64,000 nucleotides of DNA from Octopus vulgaris (GCA_951406725.2 OX597814.1:89466001-89530000), one strand, 5' to 3'. Shown: positions 1 to 14,125, counted from the first letter of the stretch. Notes: a model not told the origin generated them from the letters alone. Translations and numbers: made by a program.

Positions 1-430
1 CGACTTTGCCTTTCATCCTTTCGGGGTCGATAAATTAAGTACCAGTTACGCACTGGGGTCGATGTAATCGACTTAATACCTATGTCTGTCCTTGTTTGTC
101 CCCTCTGTGTTTAGCCCCTTGTGGGTAATAAAGAAATAGGTATTTCGTCTGCGCCTACGTTCAAATTCTGCCGATGTCGACTTTGCCTTTCATCCTTTCG
201 GGGTCGATAAATTAAGCACCAGTTACGCACTGGGGGTTGATATAATCGACTCAATCCGTCTGTCTGTCCTTGTTTGTCTCCTCTGTGTTTAGCCCCTTGT
301 GGGTAGAAATAGGTATTTCGTAGGTCGACTTTGCCTTTCATCCTTTCGGGGTCGATAAATTAAGCACCAGTTGCGTACTGGAAACGATCGAATCGACTGG
401 CCCCTTACCCCGAAATTTCGGGCCTTGTAG
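1..430 (+). mobile_element. SINE family A, tandem array of three partial units
   Basis: Repeated core GTCGACTTTGCCTTTCATCCTTTCGGGGTCGATAAATTAAGTACCAG, resembling Deu/Nin-type central domains. Two tail-1 units and one tail-2 unit; runs off the window start. Confidence 0.9.
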
Positions 431-892
431 GAAAGAATATTATCGTCATAGCTTATCTTCTTTAAATGCTTTCGTAAATGCAGTTTCTGTCTGATTCTGC
501 AGTGCATACTAAAAAAAATTACAGAAAAAGAACTGTTGTTTCTTTTAACAGAAAATCTGTTAATTTGTAATTGATGTCAAAGACAAGCCTTTTGCCTGGA
601 ATATTTACAATTGGTCGGGCTATAAAATAAAAATAACCAACAACTGTAACAAAGGAGATATCAAAGAGTTAGCTCCCTTCTAGCGAAAGTTAAGTCTGCT
701 CAAGTTACCTCCCTTACACCAAATTATACGGTGCCTCGTACATCAACATGTTAATTTCTATCTTGTTCTGTGGTTCGACAAATGGTGAAAAATACCTGCC
801 TTTAAATTCATTAAATGTGTGCTACAAGCGATCATCTGAAAGCTGGACACCTGTTCTACGTGTGTTTGACGTAAGTTAACAACGGTCCTTCT

Positions 893-2534
<1,642 letters not shown>

Positions 2535-2688
2535 TGATGTACGTGCATATACATATATATGCACACACATACATATATGCACGTATGTATATATATATAT
2601 ATATATATATACAAAAATGTGACCTCGTGTGTACCGTTGGCGATTTTTTTCCTCTGTCTTCCCTTCTCTGGATCTTTCCTTCTCCTAT

Positions 2689-2723
2689 GTTTCCGACGAA
2701 GAGCTCCGCTCGAAACGTTAAAC
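2689..2723 (+). ncRNA. Minimal type I hammerhead ribozyme-like motif (core variant CCGACGA)
   Basis: GTTT-CCGACGA-A-GAGC-TCC-GCTC-GAAA-CGTT-AAAC: stem I GTTT/AAAC, stem II GAGC/GCTC, palindromic AACGTT stem III. Confidence 0.7.
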
Positions 2724-2819
2724 CCTCCTTCTTCCCTTCTTTCCTGAGCGTCCAATAATACTATATTTGTTCCACGTCCTCACGTTGTGTTTTTTTTTGT
2801 GTTTTCTTGTTTGGATTAA

Positions 2820-2821
<2 letters not shown>

Positions 2822-2876
<55 letters not shown>

Positions 2877-2894
2877 ACATATATATACACACAC

Positions 2895-2940
<46 letters not shown>
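2822..2940. repeat. (TA)n microsatellite
   Basis: Direct reading. Confidence 0.95.
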
Positions 2941-2942
<2 letters not shown>

Positions 2943-3744
2943 CGTGCATATATGTATGTGTGTGCATATATATGTATATGCACACACACCCGCACACGCT
3001 AACACACACATATATGTCTGTATATGAAAAGACTCCCACTTTTTTCTAAACATTTCTCTGACTCGATTGTACTACACTGCAAAGATTTATGCCTCGTTTC
3101 CAAATTCGAATAATTGTGCAAATTGGATGCTGTCATCTTGAATCGATAACCAATACCGGGCTCAGACAACTGTCGAAGCCGTATCATTCTTACAATATGC
3201 AAACTCCAGATGTAGATAACCCTTTTTTGCCACTTTTCCCTCGTAAGTTCTGCAACTTCAATGGAACATTTGGTATGAGGTTCATTTCGCTTCCTCTGGA
3301 CATCAAACTGTTCTCTTTCCAAGTCTGCAAGACTCATAATCATCCTCAAAGCCGAATTCCAACTCACCACCCACTTCTCTACTCTACCAATCTTAGTTAC
3401 TCCATCACAAGTAAATTCTACAAATCTCTATAATTTTGGGTTTGCAGACACTCCGTAGTTAGATGCAAATTTTGTGCTTCAGTGAAAAAAAAATGCAATT
3501 TTTTGCATTTCACTGAACCGTTATCGTTTTAGAGAGGAAACATTGAGTGGAGTAGTGAATGGGTCTATGCAATGAAGGAATGGATGTGAATACAATATGG
3601 AGGACGAAAACATGAGAACTGAATGTATTAGAAGTGTCTGGAGAGAGGTGGTATGAGACCAGCCGGATTTAAGAAGCAGAGGCGGCTGTAGAAGCTGAAG
3701 AAAGAAGAACGAGAGAAAGAGAAGTTGAGGGAGAAATAGATTAA

Positions 3745-3978
3745 TAGGTGGCGAGCTGGCAGAAACGTTAGCACGCCGGGCGAAATGCTTAGCGGTATTT
3801 CGTCTGCGTTACGTTGTGAGTTCAAATTCCGCTGAGGTCGACTTTGCCTTTCATCCTTTCGGGGTCGATAAATAAAGTACCAGTTACGCACTGGGGTCGA
3901 TGTAATCAACTTAATACCTATGTCTGTCCTTGTTTGTCCCCTCTGTGTTTAGCCCCTTGTGAGTAATAAAGAGATAGG
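3745..3978 (+). mobile_element. SINE family A, full-length copy
   Basis: Head GGCGAGCTGGCAGAAACG, B box GAGTTCAAATTCC, central domain, tail CCCCTTGTGAGTAATAAAG. Confidence 0.9.
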
Positions 3979-4059
3979 TATGTAAGTATGTATATAGGTA
4001 GGTGGTGAAGGAGGTAGATAGAAGTTAGGCAGGAAGATAGGTAGGCAGGTAGAAAGAAG

Positions 4060-4090
4060 GGGAGAGAGAGGGAGAGAGAGAAAGAGAAAT

Positions 4091-4127
<37 letters not shown>

Positions 4128-4166
4128 CAGAGAGTGTGTGTGTGTGTGTAAAGAAAAGAGATATAG

Positions 4167-4208
<42 letters not shown>

Positions 4209-4250
4209 AGATAGAAAGAAAGAAAGAGAATGAGAAAGAGAGAGAAGAAA
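4060..4250. repeat. (AG)n/(TG)n/(ATAG)n compound microsatellite
   Basis: Direct reading. Confidence 0.9.
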
Positions 4251-5399
4251 TTGCACGCTAGTAGAGGGTTGTGTATATCTGTGAACGACTGCTAATCAAT
4301 CGGATGTCCTTTCTTTCGAAGCAATCTCGAATGTCTATGAGATGAGCAGCAGCATCCAGTTGCGAATTTCACCTAACCTTTGTAGAGCATTAATAATTGT
4401 TGGAGATCTGAGAAAAAAACAACAAAAAACCAAAAAAAAAAAAACCCAGCGTTCTTGAAACATTTGTCGTCTAGACGATTATTCCCACAAGCACATTCTC
4501 GTTGATCACAATAACGTCTACAAACTTTACAACACTAGTCAGACATTTCGATTCCTAAAGCTGCTTTTTGAATAAACAATCAGTTTGCTCTGTCATCTTA
4601 CACTACGTTTCGCTCTACACTCCTAAGCGCAAGAAAAATACTTCACTTTTGCAATGGAAACTTTCTCACCCATAGGCAATAATAAATTTCTTTCATTCTC
4701 ATAGTCGTCATCTTTTTCTTTAAGATATCTGCAGTTTAACGACTCGTATAATAGTTCATATATCTTTTTTGATATTAAATTCACACCTTTCTCACTTCAA
4801 ATTTCCACCCTCCCTTCCTCATTTCGATGTTTGCAAGGCGTCCTTGTTGACCATTTCCTTATTATCTTACTGTCTCTCAATATTTATTCCAGCGTTTCCT
4901 GTCGATCATCTTTTCTGCTTTCTTTTGTCTTTCTCTGTCGTATTACACGCTATTTACCCATTTGTACGTATCATCAGGAAATATCTTTCTCCGAATAGGA
5001 CTTCACCCGAAACGCTAGACTTTCGTTCGTTGCCGAGAGAAATCAATTTATTCGTCTCTGGAGTACGTTTGTACTGATTTATAACCGATGCAGATCTGCA
5101 CTAGTTTCTAGTTAAAAATACGGATGAGATGAGGAAACTACAACTGAATGGCTAATATATATTTATTTCAGCAAGTACAGAAAATAACTCCAGACATTTT
5201 TACATCTTATTAGACACCCTCAGCGAAGCATAGACTTCACGGTACTAACCAAAGTAGTGATAAGAAAATCATTAAGTAGATGTAACCGAAATTTGATAAT
5301 ATTTCTTTCCTACTCTTGTTCAATATTGTACATCTACTGCATGATTCTCTTACTCAGCAAATAAGTGAAATATATGCTTTTTCGAGGAGGTATAATAAT

Positions 5400-5612
5400 C
5401 CTTTCTAGTATAGGTATAAGACTTGAAATTTTGGAGGAGGGGCCGGGTCGATTTCCTCACCCCAGTACTTGACTGACGCTTATTTTATGGACTCCGAAAA
5501 GATGAACAGCAAAGTCGGCTTCAGTGGAATTTGAACGTAAAACGTAAAACGGAGGAAATGCCGTTAAACATTTGGCCCAGCTCAGTAACGATTCTACTCG
5601 CTCGCAGCCTTT
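5400..5612 (-). mobile_element. SINE family A, diverged copy
   Basis: Degenerate match to the family A central domain and tail 2. Confidence 0.75.
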
Positions 5613-6354
5613 GAGGCGGTATAATAATATCAAAAGTTTTAAGAGCTATCATCCGAAATAATTAAAATAGTTTAATCATTCAGCTAATGTATTTTCCTCA
5701 CTCCATTCGTATTACTAATTTCATTCCTATGCACACTAAGTTAGCTATTTCGATAAACATGAAATATAGTTCAATGACTTTTGTTGTCTGTTATGGACAG
5801 TCTGAAAACCTTCACTGAGATTCCTCTCCAAGACACAAGCGTGACAAAATTTTTGTTTGAAAGTCAGCAAGTGGTAAGTTAGCTGCAGTTTTCACAGTTT
5901 TGTTTTTAAATTAGCGTTCATATTTAAAACATTTCAATGGACGAGTTATAATTTCTCATATATAAAACTATTTTTGCTTTATCGCCATCTGTGATGATTG
6001 TCGAGAAAGTAGTCAGTTGGAACACTTGCTCTTCAGCTAACAGATGTCTCTATCATTTCTAAGAGTGTACGAAGCTAATCGCTCTATATGTCACCATTCA
6101 TCTGTGGAAATGAATAAATAGATAAATACATATAAGAGAAATAATATATTTCTAAATCTCTCAGAGAGATTTATATAGTAGCAACGCAATAAAGTGATGG
6201 TATGTTGTCAACTTAATGTGACAATCCCAGAAAGGGAAGAATGCTACTGCTATTTAGCTCTAGGAAACACCGTTTCCTGTTGGCCTTGACACATTTCCTG
6301 TGTCCTTATGTTTACAAAGGAGGAGATAAGCACCTCCATCCTTCAAAGCCAGCA

Positions 6355-6397
6355 TCCAGAGACTAGTTTCAGAGTTATTGCTCATCATCAGTCTGGA
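6355..6397 (-). ncRNA. Minimal type I hammerhead ribozyme, intact core
   Basis: Minus strand TCCAGA-CTGATGA-TGAG-CAATAA-CTCT-GAAA-CTA-GTC-TCTGGA: stem I TCCAGA/TCTGGA, palindromic ACTAGT stem III, GUC cleavage triplet. Confidence 0.85.
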
Positions 6398-6651
6398 GTA
6401 GCATGGCTTGCTAGCTGTCGATGCCTATCTGCCTTTGTAAACATATAATAATTCAAGTGAGATGCAGTCACTAATTTCGAAAATAGAAATAATACATTTC
6501 TAAATCTTCCAGAGTGCTGCTACTGTATAAATCTCTCTGAGAGATTTAGAAATGAATTATTTCTATTTTCGAAATCAGTGAATGTATTTCAATTGAATTA
6601 TTATATGTTTACAAAGGCAGATAGGCATCGACAGCTAGCAAGCCATGCTAC

Positions 6652-6694
6652 TCCAGACTGATGATGAGCAATGATTCTGAAGCTAGTCTCTGGA
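6652..6694 (+). ncRNA. Minimal type I hammerhead ribozyme, mutated copy (GAAG)
   Basis: TCCAGA-CTGATGA-TGAGCAATGATTCT-GAAG-CTAGTC-TCTGGA; mirror copy of 6355-6397. Confidence 0.7.
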
Positions 6695-7499
6695 TGCTGG
6701 CTTTTATGGGTGGAGGTACTTATCTCCCCCTTTGTAAACATAAGAACACAGGAAATGTGTCAAGGTCAACAGGGAACGGTGTTTCCTAGGGCTAAATAGC
6801 AGTAGCATTCTTTCCTTTCATGGGACTGTCACATTAAGTTGACAACATACCATCACTTTACATATAAGAAAAATATTTATAAAATAAATTTCAGTAATAT
6901 ACTAGTTTCGTCTCCTCTGCCCATCCTTTTTTTTAAAGATCTCATTTAGCGTCGAATGAAAACATCAATATTTCTGTGAAAAATTAAAAAAGAGAAAACG
7001 AAAAAAAAATAAAACAAAACAAAACAAAGCAAGAGACAGATCGTGTTTTGAGAACTTAGATTTTAGGATTGTATTTTTTGTGGTTAAAATCTCCGTACTT
7101 ACTAGTTCAAAGATTTTCAATATTTTCTTTCGAATGTAAAAATCAATATAGTTCTAAGACACATACATACACACAAAGAAAATAACTTCAATATTTTATT
7201 TTGTCAAATAAAATCCTAAGATGAAGAAATTGTTATTTGACTTACAAGGTCCTTGAAATATTCTTCAATACTACAACGTGAACATAATTCCAAATTCTCT
7301 GTGGTTGGTTTAGTGGAATCGGTAAAACTTTGAGATGAAATATCTCGAGGTATTTACTTTCGTTTCTTTATGTTTTTTGCTCATAACCTACCGACGTCAT
7401 CTTTGCTTTTTATTCTTCCAGAATTAATAAAACATTGATCAAGTACTAGAGTCGATGAAGTAAAATGTCCTTTACCACCAATTTCTTCTTCTTCTTCTA

Positions 7500-7890
7500 A
7501 AAGCGGCGAGCTGGCAGAAACGTTAGCACGCCAGGCGAAATGTCTAGCGGTATTTTGTCTGCCGTTACGTTCTGAGTTCAAATTCCGCCGAGGTCGACTT
7601 TGCCTTTCATCCTTTCGGGGTCGATAAATTAAGTACCAGTTGCGTACTGGTGTCGATCTAATCGACTGGCCCCCTCCCCCAAAATTTTGGGCCTTGTGCC
7701 TTGAGTAGAAAAGAATTGTTAGCGCGTCGGGCAAAATGCTTAGCAGCATTTCGTCCGTCTTTACGTTCTGAGTTCAAATTCTGCCGAGGTCGACTTTGCC
7801 TTTCATCCTTTCCGGGTCGATAAATTAAATACCAGTGAAATTCTAGGGTCGATCTAATCGACTAGTCTCCTCCTACGAAATTTCAGGATT
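7500..7890 (+). mobile_element. SINE family A, two tandem copies (tail 2)
   Basis: Head at ~7503; second unit restarts at ~7718 within the head. Confidence 0.9.
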
Positions 7891-7934
7891 ATCATTATTA
7901 TTATTCCAAATAATAATAATAATATTATTCTTGT

Positions 7935-8375
7935 GAAGGCGCTAGATCGCGGGTTCGATTCCCGAACCGAGTAGTGTGTTGTGCTCTTGAGCAAAGCACT
8001 TCATTTCACGTTGCTCTGTGATCATTTGGACATGTGTTTCATAGCACACATGTGTACCAGTACAGGCAATGCCGATTTGATGGGGAAATTAGCTAAGGCA
8101 CAGCACATACATTTGGTCACTATAAACAAATTATATGTGCAGGTTGTTCAGCAGAAACTGAACACTCATAAGTCATTTTCGACTGGAGAGTCCATCATTA
8201 ATGATCATAAGATTGTGGTTTCGATTCCTGGACCGGGCGACGCGTTGTGTTCTTGAGCAAAACACTTCATTTCACGTTGCTCCTGTCCAATCAGCTGACA
8301 AAAATGAATAATCTTGCGACGGACCGGCGTCCCATCAGGTGAGGACGCCACGAAACTGGGAAACCGACTCTTATT
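7935..8375 (+). mobile_element. SINE family D, two partial tRNA-derived copies
   Basis: B boxes GGTTCGATTCCC and GGTTTCGATTCC, each followed by GTG(C/T)TCTTGAGCAAA(G/A)CACTTCATTTCACGTTGCTC. Confidence 0.7.
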
Positions 8376-8399
8376 ACTCGAAAAGGTAACTTTTATCTT

Positions 8400-8993
8400 T
8401 ACCACCGGGAGCATTGCTAGTTCGAGATAAATTCTATAGTCACAGCAGTGTCGACATCCACGAGGTTTACTGACACGTGTAAGATTGATCAGCTGAGTTC
8501 AGATGAGAATCATTCCGTCGCCCTCCTTTCGCCGCGAAGGGCAGGCAGTGTATATCTGTCTGGTGACCATGGCGAAAAAGGTGTGGTAGATGAGATTGAA
8601 AGAGCTGCAGACAGCCATTCGCTTCAATGGTCAAATTCTCATCAACTTTTTATGGGTTTCACTTGAAAAGAAAACTGAGGGTGGAGAAAGAAGTGTTACC
8701 TTCCAACAAATTCATTGAACGATGGATGACATTGACAAGCAGAGTCCAGGCAAATGGGCCTTCTCTGAGCATGCGTTTCTGGATTGGAATGGGGAGGGTA
8801 CTTGCCTTAGTGGTCAGGGTGACAATGCTTTTTCTGGGGTTCTCTTTCTTATTTGAGAATTTTCATTGCTAAAATTTTCTTGTTATCTCATTGTTGTAAA
8901 TCTGTGTATATGTATAAATCTCTGTGTGTTTTTTCTGCTTTGCACCAATGTCCTTTTCACTTTTTGTGGAGGCCCTAGTGGCCAATATAGAGA
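8400..8993 (+). mobile_element. 3' end of L1/Tx1-like LINE (ORF2 C-terminus and 3' UTR)
   Basis: Peptide FHLKRKLRVEKEVLPSNKFIERW resembles the C-terminus of the LINE at 14564-17950. Shares terminal motif GGCCCTAGTGGCCAATA. Confidence 0.7.
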
Positions 8994-10420
8994 CGGTCAT
9001 CATCGTCATTATTACTATGTTGTTGTTTTTTAGGCCAGTCCAGTCTTGATAGAGCAGACCGATGATCAAAGGCATCCTAGTTGTGACCGTCTCGCCGTTT
9101 CTTCATACATATTATATCCCTGACTATATTTTCGATTGTTCCCTTCTCTTTTGTTGCGTCGAAGACATTTACGGTTCAAGTTAATCGTGTGTCGAAGTGA
9201 TATGGGCTGCTCATACTATGATAACGATAAAGTGGTATCTGTGGTATGTAGAATATCGTAACATCACGCCAGTTGCTAATTGAGTCCTGACTAAACCAGA
9301 ACCATGAGTGCAGATATATTATGCTCTAACTCCTTGCAATTTATACACATATTTGTTTTCATTTGAAAACTGGATCAATATTTGCAGAGGCGGATAAGCA
9401 TGGTCAGTAAAACCGATTGAATTATTGATGTTAATGCTATATATTTTATTGATTCCAGAAATCAGATAAAAAAGGAGGTAATTTCGATTACATTGCTATT
9501 TGAATACAAAACATAATCGGACGTTTCACCGTTGCTGCTGGCTCCTCGTGTTATTGCAATTTCCTTATAATATTGGTGGTTATAATAGTAATGGAAAATA
9601 CATTCAAATGCAGAGATAAACTGCCTTTTGTTTTCATTCTTAACATTTCTGTGAATATTAGGCCAATTTTTTTTCAGATCTATGAAACGGTTCTGGAATG
9701 GGAATTCATATTCAAAGTAGCCATATTTGTTATTTCGTGTTTGACTTTGTGGTTAAAGGAGCAGTGGAATTTTTTATAGGCTATCTAACCAAACTAATAA
9801 ACCTTTGCTGCTTCATATTTGAAATATTTCACTGTCAATAACATTTACTTATTCACCACTAAAAGAAAATTACGAAACACACACACTCTTTCTGCTCTTA
9901 TATTAGATAGAATTAATAATGAACCCTGCATAAATGGTATATCTGTGTACAGATTAAAAAAAATACTCGGCCATTTTTAAAGGATTACGAAAAAGAAAAG
10001 AATATCGCTATATTTTTTATACGTATGTGGGTCCACGATGACCTCATAACAAACATTACATATGCAAGTATTGACCTCAAAGATAAGTCATAGAGTGTAA
10101 TTATTGAAATATGAAATAGCCTTCCAAGTAAAAAGTCATATTTCTCCCATCATATGCTAAATGAGGCCTTTTAATTTCTATTAGAGTAAAATATAATAAA
10201 CAGCATGTTGGAATATTTTGTGTCAGAGCTATACACAGTGAAATATTACGACTAGTTTTAATTAAATTTTAGGTTATAGATGAAAAACGGAGATTTGTAA
10301 TGTTCTAAACGTTCGCAGAAACATAAATTCTTGCGCTAAATCTATTACACCCAGGTATGATAAAATGTAATAACGGGAATTGTTAGAACATCATATGTAT
10401 TATTATATATCAAACTTATA

Positions 10421-11698
10421 TTGAGTCATCTCATAAATAATGTAGTTTTTTCAATTGTGTGAACTAAAAGTCGGAGGTGGGGACGGAATAAACTACTTGC
10501 ATCAACCTGCTATAAAAGCAGGTAGTAATTTTACCTTGTCCTTATTCTTAGTGCAAGTTTTGAAGAGTACAATTCGATTCTAACAGTTATATTTTCAAAG
10601 CTATAATGGAAGTAACAAAGGAGAATATTCGGCATATTTTGCTTTATGACTTCAATAAAGGCAACAACGCAACGGGAAGTGCGAGGAATATTAGTGCAGT
10701 TTATGGGGATCGGACAATAAGCGTAAGCCAGTGTCAACGGTGGTTCCAGAAATTCCGAGCCGGAAACTACGGCCTAGAAGACGAGTCTCATCTTGGAAGA
10801 TCTGTAAAGCTCGATGAAGGCGTCTTGCAAACTCTGGTGGAATAAAATCCCACCATAACTGTTGAGGAACTAGCAGAGAAGCTTGGATTTGGTTATTCAA
10901 CCATCCATCGACACCTGCGTGGCATCAGAAAAGTAAACAAATTGGGTCAATGGGTTCCTCACAGACTTTCTCAGTCTAATCATGCGCAGAGTGTGAATGT
11001 GTGCTCTTCTTTGCTGTCACGTCTCACGAATGAACCTTTTTTGGACCGAATAGTGACTGGCGACGAGAAATGGGTTCTCTATAAAAGTGTCAAGCACCGA
11101 AGACAGTAGGTAGTTAAAGGAGAAAAACCGACACCCCAGGTTAAAGAAGGTCTTCACCCACGTGAGATGTTATCTGTTTGGTGGGATATGAAAGGTTTAG
11201 TCCACTTTTTACTTTTAAATACAAGCCAAACGATAAACATCTCCTGCAAGCAACTTGAGCGGCTTAAGTCAGCGCTAGAAGAAAAACGACCATCTTTGCT
11301 TTCAAGACGAAAGGTGGTCTTCCATCAGGATAATGCTCGGCCATATGCAGCGAGGATGACATTCCAAAGGCGGGAACAGTTTGAATGGGAAACAGTGCTG
11401 CACCCTCACGTTCACCGAACATTGTCCCACCTGATTATCATTCATTCTGAAGTATTCAAAATCATTTGGACGGAAAAAATATGAATTATGTAGTCGAGGT
11501 CAGAACAGTATTGGAGGAGTATTTTTCGTCATGGACAAGTGAATTTTGGAAGAGTGGCCTTGCAAGTCTACCAGATAGATGGAAGACCATTGTAGAAAAT
11601 GACTGAGAGTTTATTTTAGATTAAAAAAGAACCTTGTTTATCTTAATTTTGAAAGATAAGAGAAGTATAAAAACCGCATCATTTATGGGATGACCCAA
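10421..11698 (+). mobile_element. Full-length mariner (Tc1/mariner) transposon, inactive
   Basis: Imperfect TIRs TTGAGTCATCTCATAAATAATG / CATCATTTATGGGATGACCCAA, TA on both flanks, ~1.28 kb. Confidence 0.93.
10606..11623 (+). pseudogene. Mariner transposase pseudogene
   Basis: MEVTKENIRHILLYDFNKG HTH start, WVPH, IVTGDEKW, MLSVWWD and HQDNARP motifs; in-frame stops and frameshifts. Confidence 0.93.
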
Positions 11699-11894
11699 TA
11701 GATCAAAAATATTAAAATCAAATTTTCATTTAATAATTTAGTGTATGCAGAGAAACTGAATTTTAAATTTGTGTTTTATGATTAATGCATTTGAATTAAG
11801 TTGATTCGATTTCGTTGCAAAATTTTCTGAAATGGGAAATTTATCGCACAATGTCACCGTATATTTTGATTATGTTTGACTGCCATCAGTAGTA

Positions 11895-12269
11895 GAGGCG
11901 CAATGGCCCAGTGGTTAGGGCAGCGGACTCGCGGTCGTAGGATCGCGGTTTCGATTCCCAGACCGGGCGTTGTGAGTGTTTATTGAGCGAAAACACCTAA
12001 AGCTCCACGAGGCTCCGGCAGGGATGGTGGTGATCCCTGCTGTACTCTTTCACCACAACTTTCTCTCACTCTTACTTCCTGTTTCTGTTGTACCTGTATT
12101 TCAAAGGGCCGGCCTTGTCACTCTCTGTGTCACTCTGAATATCCCCGAGAACTACGTTTAGGGTACACGTGTCTGTGGAGTGCTCAGCCACTTACACGTT
12201 AATTTCACGAGCAGGCTGTTCCGTTGATCGGATCAACCGGAACCCTCGTTGTCGTAACCGACGGAGTGC
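11895..12269 (+). mobile_element. SINE family C, tRNA-Arg-like head, full-length
   Basis: A box TGGCCCAGTGG, TCG anticodon-like loop, B box GGTTTCGATTCCC. Tail GGAACCCTCGTTGTCGTAACCGACGGAGTG recurs at ~38920 and ~59235. Confidence 0.85.
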
Positions 12270-12699
12270 TTCCATATATCCATAGAATGATAAACTAAAT
12301 CATTTGCAACATTTAATTTTGTCTCTGTTGTGAATTCAAATACTATTAAGGTCATTCCTCTGAGATAGATAAAATATGCAACGACTGAACTTAAATACTG
12401 GGTAGGTGGGATTTCATCAACTATATCTCCTATTAACAAACTGACACCTATTTATGTCTGGTTACAGGACAACTACAACTATCACCCAAATCTCCTTAAA
12501 ATCACATTCTATGGTTTTTAAAAATGAAGGATACTGGATAATATAGTCCTAGACAAATTATTTTTGAAAACAGTCGGATAGTCGTGTCACATCTGGAATG
12601 GCTTTTCGTCATAGGGCGTGAAGACGTGTAGATCGGGAACTCTGGTCTCGCTGATGGCCACTACATCTATGTCTAGTGACATGAGGTCGCTCAGGTGAC

Positions 12700-13900
12700 G
12701 TTGTTTTCAAGGTAACCCAAAGACACCTTCTTTTAAACTAACTAATCTGAGTAAGGCCATGTTTGACTGAAAGAAGGAGGTGAGAAAAGGCCTACTTGTC
12801 TTATTCTCCTGGCTGCTTGTGGGTGTTTCCACGAGCAGTTCTTCATGCAGTCTATCGTTTATATTTCCTCTGATGTCCCCTACTTCAGTGGGAGATATTT
12901 ATTCTTTAAAACGTTGTACGTATATTGCAATATTTGGATGATTTTGATATGTAGTTGAACGATATTCGGAGCTGTGTACGATGCTTTTATTTTGGTGTAC
13001 GTGAATCACTAGTGTTTTTAATTTTCATTGTTTCTACCAAGCAGCACATGTTTAATTCTATGAATTATCATTCATTATCATTACTTTTACTATCTTACGG
13101 CGTAGGTAGATTGCTTTGAGAACCAGTTGATCACTCGTTAGGGTTGTTGAGAGTGCTTCTTGGCTTCAGTCTCTGAACGGAATCTCACCTCTTCTGTGCC
13201 GTACATTTTCTCCCTGGCAATATATGCTTTGTTGTCCCAGATTGAGCGGAGACATTTTTTATATTAACTACTGTGTCACCTGTTCTATTCTCTTACTTTT
13301 GCTGTTAAAGTTTTATACACCACAGTTTTCGAGGTCGGTTTCTTGATTCCGATATAATTAACGCAACATTTCGTCCAGACTTTGTAAGTATATTTTTCGC
13401 ATTTTTAAACTCTTCTGACGATAAAATAATTTCTTCTTCTAACTGGCGGACGGTATCGGCGAACCCACCAACACTGCATTTGCAAGTTGTAGTGTATTCA
13501 TTGTTTATGTTGGTGTCAACGGTGGTGATGGAGGTGAAATGTGCAGATGTGTTGAAAGATCGATTTAATTTTTTTGTTTTTTTTTATTTCAAGTTCTCCG
13601 ATGTTGTGGTTTTCGTTTTCTTTGTTATTGCTGTCTTCCTTTCTTGTTGTTATTGTACCTTGTTTTTGTTGTTGTTTCAATTGGTATTTGTGATGGTAGT
13701 GGTGGTAGTGATGGTGGTGATTTGTTTTAAAGGTGTTAAGTCTGCGTCAAAACAGCTCTTCAAATTTCTGATCTCACTCCCTTGACATTTTCCCGCAAAA
13801 ATCGACACCATGTTTTTTTCTGGTTATTTTAAAAAGAAATCGGTAAATATTACAAAATAAATGAGAAATTCCATCCCTAGAAGTCAAGCGGCTCCCGAAA
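12700..13900 (-). mobile_element. Decayed LINE ORF1-like region
   Basis: Minus-strand fragments such as KMYGTEEVRFRSETEAKKHS, preceded by a low-complexity Thr/Gln/Lys-rich stretch; many stops. Confidence 0.4.
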
Positions 13901-14014
13901 CCTTCGAGTTTTTTATGTGACATGCGGAGGAAAAATTTGGAATACAAATCATTGGAAAATGGTTAAATTAAAACAAAAATTACGAGCAACTCAAAACGAA
14001 CATGTTACTGATAT

Positions 14015-14074
14015 CCATCATCATCATCATCATCATCATCACCATCACCATCATCATCATCATCATCATCATCA

Positions 14075-14123
<49 letters not shown>
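14015..14123. repeat. (CAT)n(AAT)n microsatellite
   Basis: Direct reading. Confidence 0.95.

Positions 14124-14124
<1 letters not shown>

Positions 14125-14125
<1 letters not shown>

Larger units (their letters stand above)
6138..6859. mobile_element. Fold-back non-autonomous Penelope-like/retrozyme-like element with two hammerhead motifs
   Basis: Arms ~6190-6514 and ~6535-6860 are reverse complements. Flanked by direct repeat ACATATAAGA (6128-6137, 6860-6869). 6138-6189 is the reverse complement of ~6514-6565. Confidence 0.85.

Noticed and set aside
111-507. Recurrent ORFs containing PVRNWYLIYRPRKDERQSRP
   Set aside because: Antisense reading of the SINE A central domain, not a gene family.
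4600-4632. Minus-strand CTTAGGA...GAAACGTA hammerhead-like string
   Set aside because: Core mismatch, only a 2 bp stem II and no stem I.
9515-9555. Minus-strand GAGGA-GCC...GGT-GAAACGTC hammerhead-like string
   Set aside because: Lacks CUG and stem I; likely chance.
11897-11970. Possible tRNA-Arg gene
   Set aside because: The acceptor stem does not close and it continues into a dispersed SINE body.
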